A stretch of 64,000 nt of DNA from contig OX597815.1 of assembly GCA_951406725.2 (NCBI GenBank), positions 153,078,001-153,142,000 of the forward strand, read 5' to 3'. Under the pieces are notes generated by a model. The model was not told the origin of the DNA and did no database searches. It saw only the letters and a program-made list of their open reading frames with translations. Positions within the stretch are counted from its first letter, which is position 1. Every line of letters begins with the position of its first letter. This document shows, in pieces, positions 39,816-51,885 of the stretch. The DNA comes from Octopus vulgaris (Eukaryota). The translations under genes and the position numbers were made by a program.

Positions 39816-40334
39816 TTCCACCTGTTTTTACTTCGTTTTTGTATCTGGTTTAGCACCGAAAGAGCTTTGACAAACAAAAACGAAATAAATGACTTGCTGT
39901 TTAACCAATCAAACAAACAATCGATAAGTTAGTTGGATATCTAACCATTTGACTAATAATAAAGGAGAGGAATTGATCTTGTGCATGTGTTAATAATATT
40001 GGCTTTAATGACTCTAACTAGACACAACAAAACCCGTTTTTACATTCTGAGTTTAAATTCCACCGAGGTCGACTTTGCCTTTCGTCCTTTTGGGGGTCAA
40101 TAAAATAAGTACCAGTGGAACAATGTGGTTGGTGTAATCAATGTATATTACCAAACCAAGGAAGAAACTTATATATAAGGGAATTGTTTATACATCAAAA
40201 AATGTATATAAGTCGAAACAAGTTGTTGGCATTTTAATTTATATTAGTTTATATCATCTTATATTATGTTATATTATATTCATAGTATATTATATTATAA
40301 TATAAATAAACTATTGGATTGCCAATTGTATATC

Positions 40335-40336
40335 TC

Positions 40337-40395
<59 letters not shown>

Positions 40396-40500
40396 CATAC
40401 ATATATATATATATATTATACACATGTATAATATATGTGTATATGTATAAATACATATATATGTGTTTATATATATACAAATGCATACATACATGCATGT

Positions 40501-40555
<55 letters not shown>

Positions 40556-40658
40556 TATACATACATATATATATATGCATATATATTATACATGTATATA
40601 TATAATGAGCACATATATATGTATGATATACAATATGTTTATATGTGTGTGTTTGTGC

Positions 40659-40689
<31 letters not shown>

Positions 40690-40695
40690 TGTTGC
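40335..40695. repeat. Compound (TA)n/(TACA)n/(CG)n/(TG)n tract
   Basis: Direct reading. Confidence 0.9.
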
Positions 40696-41277
40696 GTGCG
40701 TGCTTTGCGAATCATGTATTTGAATCTAAACCATAGTTTAATGCAGTCGTTCTTGTGGATATCAAAGGCATTCATTGAATGTGAAGGAGAGTTGAGAACA
40801 AGAATATATTAATATAATGCATTGAATGTATTGTAGTGTTTTGTATGTACGTATGTCTGTATGTATCTATGTATGTGTAAATGGTGTGCATCTCTTCTTT
40901 AAGCATGCCGTGTGGAAAACATGGCTTCGACAATATTTCATTCCCGATTAGCTTTACGCATCATAAAGTTTCTGTAAAGATATCGTCTAAAGCTATACAA
41001 CGTTGTTTCGAAATGCTTAGGTTCGGAGTGTTGAGCTGAAGGAGAAAATAGTATTAATGCTCAACCAATACTGTGGTTTTCTGCATGAAATAATTACATC
41101 TAAGGTTTTTACTACTTACCCGCATTAAATACGTTAACACTAACTTAACTTTTAGAGTTGTAAAGTCTTGGCAAGAGACTAGATCGTCCGGTATCGTTTG
41201 TAGAAACAATTACACCGTGGAAGGGCCATGTTAGCCAATAAAAACACACGTCTATGTCATTATTATTTTCACTCTTA

Positions 41278-41495
41278 GGGCGGCGAGCTGGCAGAATCGT
41301 TAGCACGCCGGGCGAAAAGCTTAGCGGTGTTTCGTCTGTCGTTACGCTCTGAGTTCAAATTCCGCCGAGGTTGACTTTGCCTTTCATCATTTTGGGGTCG
41401 ATAAATCTTGTACCAGTTGAGTACTGAGGTCGATGTAATTGACTTGCCCCATTCCCCCAAATTTCAGGCCTTGTGCCGATGATAGAAAGGGTTAT
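41278..41495 (+). mobile_element. SINE family C, full length
   Basis: ggcggcgagctggcagaatcgttagcacgccggg..gaGTTCAAATTCcgccgaggttgactttgcctttcatc..gggtcgataaa. Confidence 0.88.
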
Positions 41496-41554
41496 TATTT
41501 TCACTCTTGTTTTATTTATTAATACCTTATACAGAAGTATCTTATTGGCGGAAG

Positions 41555-41700
41555 CATGACTGTATAGTTGAGAAGCTTGCTTAGCAACCAAGTAGTTTCG
41601 TGTTCTGTCCCACCGCACAGTTTCTTGGATAAGTTTCTTCTACTATAGTTCCAGATCTACCAATGCCTTGCGAGTGAATTTGGTTGACGGAAGGAAGTCG
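41555..41700 (+). mobile_element. SINE family A 5' part, decayed
   Basis: ..agaagcttgc..tcttctactatag..gcgagtgaatttggttgacgga. Confidence 0.65.
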
Positions 41701-42704
41701 TATGTATATACATACATACCGGACAACTGACAGATGTATGTGCGTATCAACAAATAGTGCTCAGGCTGACTTCCTACCTGACTAAAACAAAAAGTGGTGT
41801 TGTAGCTGCCTATACTATATAGAAAACAGAGTTTAGCAGAAATCAGGGTATAGAGAACCGGCGTTCTGGTGATGAAGGCTTAGATATAGTGATTAGTTCA
41901 GAGCATGAGCTAGATTAGACATGATATGGATAACAGCAGGAGGAGAAGCAAATAAGGCAGAAATGTTTGGGGGATGTAGAACGAGGTTAGCTAACTTTAA
42001 GATGTAGAAACCACTGTAGAAGCAGCTGAAAAGGCAGTGGGTAAAGAACAGCATATCTGTGGGGCCAGAGATCGGAATTTGTTTTAGAGAGAATTCATGC
42101 TAATAAGCTGGGTAACCTTTTTTTTTTAATGCAAACAAGATTGAACCTGCGATTCTCGTATTACAGTAAATGTACTCATCTATAGTTTGGTTTCTAATTT
42201 GATTAGCCTAAGAACAGTTTCATTTCTCAGAGATTATATTCTCTCGTATTTAATTTGGAAGATGTTTATATAGTAGTACGTTTTCAATAAAAAAAACAAG
42301 GCATTTTCATTGATAATATTTCATATACATGGCTCCATAGATAAGCAAAACATCCGGAAGATGGCATGTTTTATGCCAGACTTAGAAAATCTCGAAGACT
42401 GGTGACTCGTCAAACAGGCATGAGAATCCAACAAGTTGAGAAGAATATCGGCTACGAAAACAGTTTTAAATGTGTATTAAGCAGATGTAAGAATTCTTTT
42501 GTATCGTATTATGTGTTCATGTTGTCCAGTATTTCTCAAGATAGATGATATTTCCGCTGAGATGACAATCAATCTTCTGTAATATGTCATATAGAAACAC
42601 ATTCCGAAATTGGCTTCAGAATAGCTACGTCAGGAATGTAATAGACTGAATATTTTCATTTGCATTGATAAAATAGATTTGCATTTATTAATAGGAATTT
42701 CAAA

Positions 42705-43135
42705 GGCGGTGAGCCGGCGGAATCGTTAGAACGCCAGACAAAATACTGCTAAGCACATTCTGAGTCTCAATTCCATCGAGTTGCTTTGTCTTTCATCTTT
42801 TCGGGATCGATAAAATAAGTGCTAGTTGAGTACTGGGGTCGATTACATTGAACTCTACTACTCAACTTTCCCATAAACTTTCAGGCCTTCTGCCTATAAT
42901 AGAAAGAATTATTTAAAGGCGGCGCGCTGTTAGAATTGCTAGTGCGCCGAAAAAATACTTCGTACACTTCGTCATTCTTCATGTTCTGAGTCCAAATTCC
43001 GTCGAGGCCGACTTTGCCTTTCATCCTTTCATAGTCGATGAAATAAGTACCTGTAGGAAATTGGGTAGTGATGTAAGTGACTGGTCCCTCCCCAACCAGA
43101 ATTTCAGGCCTTCTACCTGTAGCAGAAAATATTAA
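42705..43135 (+). mobile_element. Two head-to-tail diverged SINE family C copies
   Basis: aaaggcgg.. heads at 42703 and 42916, each with gcctttcatc..gtcgat.aaataagt and ending tttcaggccttct.cct.tag.agaaa. Confidence 0.82.
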
Positions 43136-43371
43136 TAGATTCGACTTGAATTTTAGTGTTATCAAAGTTCAGTTTATTTATTAAGTTATCTGATGCTTCC
43201 ACATGTTATATATCAAATAAATATTTTTCGCACCCCAAATAGAGAACGAAAAGTATTTCACACGTGATTTCAAATAGTGAAATAATGAATCGTAGCAGAA
43301 TTTTGATAACAATTTAAACTACACTCACACAACTACATCAATTTCCATTTATTTCACGATAGTATTATAAA

Positions 43372-43670
43372 ATTGGCACTTCATTGGTTACGACGACGAG
43401 GGTTCTAGTGGATCCGATCAACAGAACAGCCTGCTCGTGAATCAACGTGCAAATGGTTGAGCACTCCACAGATATGCATATACTTGGCATAGTTCTCAGG
43501 GAGATTTAGCGTGACATAGAATGTGACAAGGTACAACTCATTTTTGCCGGCTAAGTGGACTGGAGCAACGTGAAATAAAGTGTCTTGTACAAGGACATAA
43601 CGCGCCACTGGGAATCGAACTCACGACGTTACGATCGTGAGCCGAATACACTCTAACCACTAACCCACCT
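43372..43670 (-). mobile_element. tRNA-derived SINE with family-B 3' tail
   Basis: gatccgatcaacagaacagcctgctcgtgaa..gagcactccacag..; head gggaatcgaactcacgacg..taaccact. Confidence 0.82.
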
Positions 43671-44345
43671 TCACTCTATAGCAGTATATACAGTAACAAC
43701 CAAAAGAGTTCGTCGCACGTGTATCTACTAATTAGTCACTGATATATTTCTGACGCATCTCGTAGTAAAATAATGTCAATGCGTATATCCTGATCTCGAT
43801 ATATTTATTTCATAATTATTTCAATTTCAGCATACAATCTTAGATCAAGTCATTTACCAAGTAAGTATATCTACAAAATATAAAAATAATTTATGCTTTA
43901 ACTCGTTCCTCTCTGATCCTGACTTTAGTGGTAGCAATAAAATTCATTCAAATTCTAGCAGTAATTATTGTTTACGACTTGCTTCCATTGTAAAGTCACG
44001 TCTATAGTCGAGTGTGATGTCATCGTGCTGAATAACCATAAATATGCACAACTGGAATTAGGGAATCAGTTTTACAATAGTGATAACACAATATGGCCGT
44101 CAAAGATAAAACAGTTAAACACACACTCGCAAGCAGAGAAAATAAAATCCCAGCAACAATTGCAACGATAAAAGCAACAGCAACAACAGCAGAGAAATTC
44201 GGACTGTTTTGGTTGAGATGGTAGAACGTCTGTCATATTTGTTCAAGTCTGTCATATGTGTTCAAGTCCCACGGGTAGCATTCGATGTTTTCTAACCAAA
44301 GGGTTTTTTTAACTCAATATTTACACGATATCACGTATTTAAGAG

Positions 44346-44346
<1 letters not shown>

Positions 44347-44400
<54 letters not shown>

Positions 44401-44555
44401 CAACAACATCGAAAATATCTCAGGAATGAGAACCCAGGTTCGAAATTTCTACAAAACACCTGATGAAGGCTGGAGGGTATATCAGCCGAAACGTTGTGTT
44501 AACAACAAACAAGATAAGGACAAATATCCGTCAATTGTAAATAATGTAAATAATA
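44347..44555 (+). mobile_element. Solo copy of the Penelope 3' module: (AAT)n(AAC)n + hammerhead (44455-44500)
   Basis: AACAC-CTGATGA-A-GGCTG gagggtatat CAGCC-GAAA-CG-TT-GTGTT; near-identical to the reverse complement of 62113-62298. Confidence 0.85.
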
Positions 44556-44639
44556 CAGCATTCTGTATTATACTACAACAGTGTTATCTCTTCCTAGAAA
44601 AGTACCAAAGAATGCAAGTACAAGAAATACACAATGTAG

Positions 44640-46600
44640 TGTAAGAAACAGTTGCAAAACTTACATAAAATCTTATTGTAGACTGGTGCTTGGCTAGGAA
44701 TCTTTCATGTCGTTTGCTGAAGCAATAGTTGTAGTAGACGGAGTTGGTCTTTTGATAAACATGGTAAGCTTTGTCTGAATTGTTTGGTTCTTTTTCTTTT
44801 CATAAATTTAACGATACAGACGAAACACATCGTGTGCCATCCGTTCAATCCTTTCAAATTGTTCGCTGTTTGGGTCTGTTGCTTCAAAGTGTGTAAGAAG
44901 TTTATTCAGGTGAAATAAACCTTCTGATAATCCTTTTGTAAAGAAACTCCTTTCTGGTATCTCCTCTTCTTTCTCCCCTTCCCTCCTCTCTTCCTCCACG
45001 CGTTCTGTTTCCATTTCAATGAGCTCTTTATTTGTAAGCTCTTCCGATTCTTGGTCTAGCTAATCTTCGATGGCTTTCACATTACACTCCAAGAAAGGTC
45101 TGTTTTACTATTTTCCTACGACTCGTTTCAAGTTCATGTTCACTACCAAATCCATCAAGCGTATCATCAAAGCATTTTCCAACAATTTTTTCCAGACGCC
45201 TTTCATGCATTCCTTTGTCACAGCCTCCCAATTGGTAGCAATATTCTTGATACACGTCAGAATGTACTTTTTCCAAAATTCTCGCAGTGATAGTCTTAGT
45301 TGGTGGCTATGGCTTGAGCGAAGGTGGTTCGAAGATAGTTAGCCTTCAGCGTAGCAATCGAACCTTGATCTATTGGCTGGACGAGTGGAGTCGTGTTCGA
45401 CGGAAAAAAACCCCACTTTCACGTCGGGATGAAGATCCGATAGATGAGATGAATGCTCAGGCGCATTATCCAGAAGCAATAAAATCTTGAAAGGAATTCC
45501 TTTCTCCAAACAATATCTACGAACTTGAGGAATAAAACAAAATTCAGAAACCAGTCTTCAAGCAGTCCTCGTGTCATCCATGCTTTAGGCTGAGAACGAA
45601 AGTAGACGGGTAATGTGTGCTTATCTACACGCGGCTTCTCTGAGTGGCAGATTAAGAAAGATTTCAGCTTAAACCTTGCGATGTTCCCGACAGGCAACAG
45701 AGTCAGCTGTCCTTAAATGCTTTAAATCCAGTCATGTATTTAATTTCTATGTTTCTGTAAGTGCGTGCTGGCATGCTTTCCAAAACACTTCTGTTTCATC
45801 CAGGTTAGAAATCTTCCCTGCTAGATAACCTTCATCCGTAATTATTTCATTCAAATAGCTAACAAACTTACCAACTGCTTCTTCGTCTGCATTTGCCGCT
45901 TTTCCGGTCACTCGAACATTATGAAGTTGGAATCTTTCTTTAAATATTTTTAACCAGCCAGTACTTGCTAAAAATTCTTGATTGTATTCTTCTCCGGAAC
46001 GTTTCTTTAGAGTCTGAAACAGACTTCTGGTCTTCGACTGCACAGTAAAAAGACTTAACAGTGTCCTTTTTGGATCTGATCTTCAATCCAAATTTAGCAA
46101 TTTTTCCATTTCGTGGATGGGGCCCAGTCTGTTGCTTTGTTATAACTGTAGATCGCATGGGTGCTGAACTTTTCGCAGCTTTCGTTATCCTTCAAAATTG
46201 TCGGAACATCAGAGTGTGATAATTTCAATTCATGTGCGATCTCATTCTTTCCTTCTTTCCTCCTCTATGCTGTTTAACCGCCATCTATCGAGCCTGGCGT
46301 TAGTCAAACATTTCGGAGTCTCAAGCAATCGTCTTATTAACAAATACAAGGTTGTCTCGATGTCTCCGCCATAGGAGATTCATTCGATACATGGGATAAC
46401 TACAGTGGTGATCGATAACCAAACCTAGGGTAAGTATTTGTTAGCTGATGTCATCCGTAGATAGGTTAATTTCTAAGAAATTAAACCTATAAGAAATTAA
46501 AGCTATAAGATTTTAACTGGACTCTTTATTATTGCTGACGGGAGCTGGCGCCCTAATCGTCGTAAAGTCGATCGGTCGTAAGTTGACGGCGACCAGTAAT
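44640..46600 (-). mobile_element. pogo/Tigger transposon, decayed (CENP-B-type HTH + DDE_1)
   Basis: FLASTGWLKIFKERFQLHNVRVTGKAANADEEA..NLDETEVFWK; LPVYFRSQPKAWMTRGLLEDWF; FEATDPNSEQFER. Tigger-like end ..cttacgaccgatcgactttacgac near 46555-46598. Confidence 0.9.
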
Positions 46601-47848
46601 AGGTTCCATAAGCGTAATTAGTTCCTTTCTATATAGGAGGGAGTGGGAGGGTCTACCGCAGGTAGTTTCAGCTCCTATTTTCTAAACTGTATACTACCAG
46701 GACAGACCCCTTTACGAAGAAATCTTTAAAATGGCTGCTTAAACGTGTAGCATTTTCTTCATTCGTATCTATATCATGCATTTTGCGAACATCAGAGTCG
46801 TTGGTTATAAGTTTCCAACGTGTCAGCCGCTGATTAAACTGAAAATTCAGTGATGTCAGTGACAAGGGAGTTCCTGTGCAATTCAATCAGAATCAATATC
46901 ACAATTTTTTTATCTGTGAGTTCAGGTTTATAGGTGTTCTCGTCAATCATTACATTCTTCTTTTATATATAATATCCGAATTTTACATCTTATCTTCACA
47001 GTTCAGTCAATCAACTAAGTTGGTTGCTTTCTCTGCTGTCTTATTGAAAAGTAGCTATTACTGATTTCTCCCGAGTTCTTTAATAAGGAATATGAGTGAA
47101 ACCGTTTGGTGCATTGCGTTAGCTACGTATTTATTACTATTTACAAGGAAAGCAAGTATGATAATCACTATACAATTAATAAACGTAAAATCATAAAAAT
47201 AAAACCAGAGAACCTCTTTCAGCAAAAAAAGCTTCTATTGTAACAGCAAAGCAAGGGCAACTTGGGAGCTAACAAGAGCTTCATCTTGCTAAAAATGACA
47301 AATAAATGTCATGCAAATCACCTCAAATTACAATGCGGAAGGACGTACATGGGAAGGTAATTTTAGATACTTATTGTCTGAAAATACATTTATTCGATCA
47401 TAATAACGAAACTTATGATGGAGAAACTGTAAGGATAGGATGAAGAAACAATGATAATAACAGCACCTGATGTAAAAGCAGAAAACGACATGCATTTTGG
47501 TATAACGTTCCTTTCAACGTACACATGCATCGTAAACGTAGTGAATATGCTCCCTTTGCAATCATAAATTTCACCAAATCAAGTTCAAAATTGAAGTCAA
47601 TTCCTCTTCCTTTCTCTATTTTACCGTTTTTTGTATACCATCCCAACATGTAATTGCACAATGATGTGTTGCCAGTAAATACACCGAGAGATAAATAATA
47701 TACTTACTTCACGAGAAATCCCGAAATTTCGAAGTCACTGACACCTCACTTCTAAAAATTTATTAAACGTATACTTTACCAAAAAGTATTAAGTTATTTT
47801 TCAGTTTAAAGTTAAATTGTTTTTATATATAACTTGAGATAAAAGCAA

Positions 47849-47968
<120 letters not shown>

Positions 47969-48829
47969 AAGATCAAGAACACCAACATTAACCACAACAA
48001 GACAACCAAAAGCCAAGAAAAAGAACTACCACTGCTGCCCACACCGCCATATGCACAATTAATAAAATAGCTCTATAAACAAATGAAGGAACATCAGCAA
48101 CCAAACGACACCACCATCAGCGCCACCAAGAACAGAAATAACACTATCGTCACCAACAACAACAACTTAAAAGGAAAAAGAGATAACCAAAAGGACTCAT
48201 ACACCACCCCAAAACCCATACACCACATCCCAAATGTCACCAACCAGCACCAGCACCAACACCAACAACAAAATCAACATACTCAGAAATATACCTCAAA
48301 ACCCTTCCCTGATTCCTCCGACATGTAGTCAGATGAAGTTGACACAGAGGATTGGCAAGAGGCCACAGGGGGGAAGGAGAAAACGAAGAAAAAAAGAATA
48401 GAGAAGCAGACAAACAAAGCAGGGAGGTTTACCTGTCCCGAAACTAAAACACCCGCAGAAAACAAAAGTATCAACACAGACACACAAACACCAAATGGCC
48501 CAACAATGTTAACAGCTATAAATACTAGCAATCCAGACCTAATGGAATACATTAGGTCAAACATAACAGAAAACGATATCAAAACAAATAATCATCCACG
48601 CACAACACCACCACAGCACATTAAAATCATACATATAACACAGAACACACACAACACACTGAAATCTCTCTACCCGGATGCAGTAGGGAGATTTCAAAAA
48701 TATGTCTCTAAAAACCTGTACAAAAACCTTCTGGGAGAAGACAGTGAGGTGAAGGACGAACAACTTTCGTACAGTATGTGACTCTCTCTCTCTCTCTCTC
48801 TCTCTCTCATTGTCTTTCGTCTTCCTTTT

Positions 48830-49330
48830 ATGTGTGAAATACAACTTACGATAGGAACATGCTCAAAATAGATCGTATACATGTATGTGGATTGGGGTCG
48901 CCATGGAAACAAGGCTACCTGTTAAATGACATCAAGTCACAGAATGTGCATATCATAGCCATTAACGAGACCAGACTTCACAACCAGCGGGCCCTCCAGC
49001 ACATGTTCGGCGGACATTTCGACATTTATTTATCTCCGTGTCTGCCGAGAATGGGTGGAGGTGGCACCGCGGTGCTTCTTCAGAAGAGTCTGGACCCCAA
49101 AGTAAGAGCAATTTTCCTAGACTCGAGGGTAGGCTGGTCGTCTTGGATGTCGATGGCAGTAATGGGTGTGCTTTTCGACTAATAACAGTTTATGCACCGT
49201 TCTTAACAGGTCGGCCAGATTTCTTTCGACGTCTAGAGGTTTCCCTGGGAACGTCTCGACCTTTACTTTTAGTAGGGCTGGTTGGGTGGGTGGAACGCTA
49301 CTTTGGACCCGCATCTTGAATACGTGAGCA
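48830..49330 (+). mobile_element. L1/Tx1-clade LINE ORF2 N-terminus (APE endonuclease), frameshifted; upstream 47990-48780 may be an ORF1 remnant
   Basis: VCGLGSPWKQGYLL..HIIAINETRL..GGGGTAVLL; EGRLVVLDV..FRLITVYAP..FFRRLE..LLLVG. Confidence 0.85.
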
Positions 49331-49887
49331 GAGAAAGTAATAGGAGAAAGTAATAAGACCTGTGGCACGAAGCAAAGCAGGACATGCTGTTCACGCAAGA
49401 AAACACATATTAAATGATCCACAAGCACTCAAACAAACTAAGTCCTAAACTTGTTCCATTTGCCAAAAGGTTTGCAAGGCACCAGTAGGTCTCAAGAAAC
49501 GCATTCGTGCCCAGAGTACATGATTACTGCTCTATTTTACGACAAGAGTCCATCATATATACATAACCGGCAACGGCGCTAGTATTACCAATGTCACCAT
49601 CACCCCACCTTCACCAACACCAACAGCCCCGACTCCAGCAATAGCACCGTCGACGACGACAGCAGCAGCAACAATGAAAACAAATAACATCAGCGACAAT
49701 ATCGACAACATTGGCAGCATTAGTAACACCATAAATAGGTGCTTTACCGGCAACATACTCAGGGGCGGTAACATTACCGACGCAACCATCACCTCCAGCG
49801 GCACCAACACCAGCAGCCCCAGCTCCAACATCATCGGCAGCAACATCATCAACGTCAACAACACCAACAGCGGCAACAACATCAACA

Positions 49888-49918
<31 letters not shown>

Positions 49919-50037
49919 CATATATATATATATATATACATATATGTATGTATGTATGTTTGAGTATATATAAATATATTTATAACAATTTAGGAGTGGC
50001 CTTAACAGGCCATTCGTAAATATATTTATACGTACAA

Positions 50038-50091
<54 letters not shown>

Positions 50092-50328
50092 CCTAGTGTA
50101 GGCCAGTTTATGGGATTACCCTGGATTTCTCGCCCATAAAGGTTTAACTTTATAGTGTATCGTCAGATCCCCAAGACATGTTGGCTTATGATCTCTTTAA
50201 AATATGGAGGAGAAAAGTCTGGATGATCTCTCTTTGCCAATGGCAAAATGACCATTCCGAAATACAACAATGTCTGTTTCAACACACGACTTGACATGAA
50301 AGAATCTTGCACAACAAATATATAAACG

Positions 50329-50575
<247 letters not shown>

Positions 50576-50981
50576 TGTTGAGTTTACGCGTAAAAGTTTA
50601 GCATTAATCTGAAAAATGACCAACATATCTTTAAACCAGAGGACAAATCTGAATGCTTGCAATAAAGGGAAATCCACTGAGACACCCAAAGGCCAGTTGG
50701 TAAGGCTAAACCGATCCATGGATTAGATCCACAAAGCAAGAAAAGGAACGATGCCTCCTATGAAATTCACCAATTTCCTTCTATCAAATTCCACATGAAT
50801 ATTTCGGTCATTCCTAAGCTATGGCAGAAGATATTTACTTATCGTGGCGCAAGTCCTATCTTACTCGAAATGACGTAGTTGCGAACTGAAATCCTTAATC
50901 ACAAAGCTTCGCCTACGCCGTGACCGTGAAGAAAACATAATGACTTTTGGTATTGATTTCTGAAAAGAATACACACTCGAA

Positions 50982-51333
50982 AGTAATTTTTGAAGCCATT
51001 AATCTTCTGTAATCGTTAAAATTAATGGATATTTTTTCAAAGTTTACATATTTCAGCTACATACACACTTACAGAGTTGTGAGTTGAATTTGAAAGAAAG
51101 TAAAACCACTTGAAAAATTACGCAAAAGATTATAATTGATGAATAGGCAAGCGTTTTAGTAATTTTTGAAGCCATTAATCTTCTGTAATCGTTAAAATTA
51201 ATGGATATTTTTTCAAAGTTTACATATTTCAGCTACATACACACTTACAGAGTTGTGAGTTGAATTTGAATGAAAGTAAAACCACTTGAAAAATTACGCA
51301 AAAGATTATAATTGATGAATAGGCAAGCGTTTT
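50982..51333. repeat. 176-bp tandem duplication
   Basis: 50982-51157 and 51158-51333 differ at one visible position (gaaagaaag / gaatgaaag); AGT microhomology at the junctions. Confidence 0.95.
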
Positions 51334-51885
51334 AGTTGTTTAATATTTGTATTGTCTCATCGGCAAAAACTCGAACATTCTAGAAAATATTGTTAATTTC
51401 CGTCCGGCCTGCCTTTACTTCGAGTCAGACCTAATTAGGTTATGTCAATTTTTTTGTTTCGCTGTAATATATAGCATGAAAACTTTATTGAGAATTGTGA
51501 ACATTTGAAGTTGAATCTTTACGTGCACGTATGCGAGTATGTATATGTGTGTGTATGCGCGCGCATGTGTGTGTGTTTGAGTGTGTGTGTGTGTATGTGT
51601 GTGTGTGTGTGCGAGTGCGTGCACATATAAAAATACACACATATATATTGATACTCGCAAGTTTATTTTCTATCTATCTATGTGTATATACATGTATATG
51701 TATATATGATTGTGTGAAGACGCGTGGCCTAGTGTTATGGTGTGGCACTCATAAACGTGAGATCGTGGTTTCGATTCCGGGTTCTTGAACAAAACATTTT
51801 ATCTCACGCTGCTCTGCTATCATTTTGACATTACCAATACAGCCAATCTCAGTTTGATGGAGGGAGATACCTTGAGATGCCACAT

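Noticed and set aside
46640-47661. Short minus-strand ORFs (72 and 82 aa) as exons or Helitron Rep pieces
   Set aside because: No diagnostic motifs could be confirmed.
49553-50041. Hydrophobic 162-aa ORF as a membrane protein
   Set aside because: It is the antisense reading of decayed CAA/CAG/CAC repeats plus (TA)n.
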